Of a stretch of DNA of 64,000 bases, positions 62,850-64,000 are shown piece after piece (positions within the stretch are counted from its first letter, which is position 1; each line of letters starts with the position of its first letter). The stretch is from the NCBI GenBank assembly GCA_028023455.1, contig JAQFVV010000003.1:22010001-22074000 (forward strand), read 5' to 3'. The notes under the pieces were generated by a model, which saw only the letters and a program-made list of their open reading frames with translations, was not told the DNA's origin and did no database searches. A program made the translations under genes and the position numbers. This stretch comes from Epiperipatus broadwayi. Taxonomy: Eukaryota > Animalia > Onychophora.

Positions 62850-64000
62850 AGATAATGATTACCATCATGACAGATGTTAATTCTCTAATTACTTCTGTCA
62901 GAGTAACACAAAATAAATTCTCAAAATGTTCACATATACATATTAAGCAACACCTTTAAAAAAGTTGATTATAATTTTAAATGACATGAATGAATACACA
63001 TTTAGCCAGGTAAGTTGTAGATACAAATTATAACATGCAATATGATTAATTATTTATAATTTTACGATAACATAGCACATCAATTGGAAGTTTCTTGTAA
63101 ATAAATATGTCCATCCTAATCCTGAAGAAAGAGAGACAATGAAAAAAAAATTAAGTTTGATAATGATTATAAAAGCTAATTCATTTTTTACCTGATGTTT
63201 AGATACTTAAATAACCACATATAAATAAATTTCTGTAAACAAGTAACTAGTTTCAAACATTTGTACAATACTTCTCAATTAACAATGTCAAATGCCTTGA
63301 TTAAATCAACAAAGGCAATATCTAAATTACATTATTGCTCACAATAATATACTTGAAATTGCCTGACAACAAAAACTACATCAATAGTGCTTCTTAATTT
63401 GCTAAAAGCATACTAAATCTCTGGTAATGACTCACATATAATAGGAATCAGTCAATTCAACAAACACTTGAAAATATTTTTATTACAATAGATAATAATG
63501 ATTCTCCAAAATAATTACTGCAGTCTTATTTCTATAAATTAAAACAATAGAAGTAGCTTTAAAATCATATAGCATATCTTCATGATTTCTCATATACTCA
63601 GCACATATATTTCTAAAAAGGTCAATAGTTTTGAAAATATATTACCATATTTAAAACTTATTTACAAATTCTATCAAGACTTATAATCCTTCTCTTTTTA
63701 AGATTGCAAAAAGTCATTTTAATCTCATCAGACTGGATATAGATATATTATTAAATTACTAGGATAATCCATTACAGAAATGTAATAAATTAAAGACAAT
63801 ACTAATAACATACTCTTCAAGCAAATATTGAAAATATTAATTTAAATCTTAGTGTATTTTCAATGCAAAACATCTTTGACAAGGCACCAAAAATATATTA
63901 AACTTGTATTTAATATATTCAATGTTTTACGATATTAACAATACTTTTAATTTTGATATATCATTAAAAATAATCTCCTGAATTCTTAAAGTATTATTCT
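62850..64000 (-). mobile_element. Decayed RTE/BovB-like LINE RT fragment
   Basis: Minus strand PE...RSTIDVVFVVRQ..CEQ...IAFVDLIKAFDIV at ~63290-63430. Confidence 0.75.

Noticed and set aside
1-64000. CRISPR arrays, rRNA and prokaryotic operons; most 60-97 aa ORFs in the supplied track
   Set aside because: The sequence is eukaryotic with spliceosomal signals and no repeat-spacer arrays; the short ORFs are low-complexity I/L/F/K/N/Y-rich frames expected in very AT-rich DNA

Overview
Very AT-rich eukaryotic (probably invertebrate animal) genomic DNA, mostly intronic or intergenic and saturated with retroelements. The clearest coding feature is a young, full-length RTE-clade LINE (50911-54205; APE endonuclease + RT, one +1 frameshift, 11-bp TSD). 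An older full-length copy lies at 15001-18811. Both copies start at the same GGCTGCA, which is the P1 strand of a complete HDV-like self-cleaving ribozyme fold in the young copy. The second dominant component is at least a dozen Penelope-like element (PLE) derivatives from several families. Many are fold-back (inverted pLTR) insertions with a short asymmetric tail and 13-20 bp TSDs, carry minimal type-I hammerhead ribozymes, and in two cases map onto ~330-450 nt circularly permuted, retrozyme-like monomers. Also present: decayed CR1/L2, RTE/BovB and Gypsy fragments, two hAT-type MITEs, a ~2.9-kb fold-back element, a divergent tRNA-Gly(TCC), a CpG-rich CCAAT/CRE/TATA promoter followed by an unexplained structured region, and scattered low-confidence host exons. 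All calls come from manual reading of the sequence; no searches or folding programs were run.
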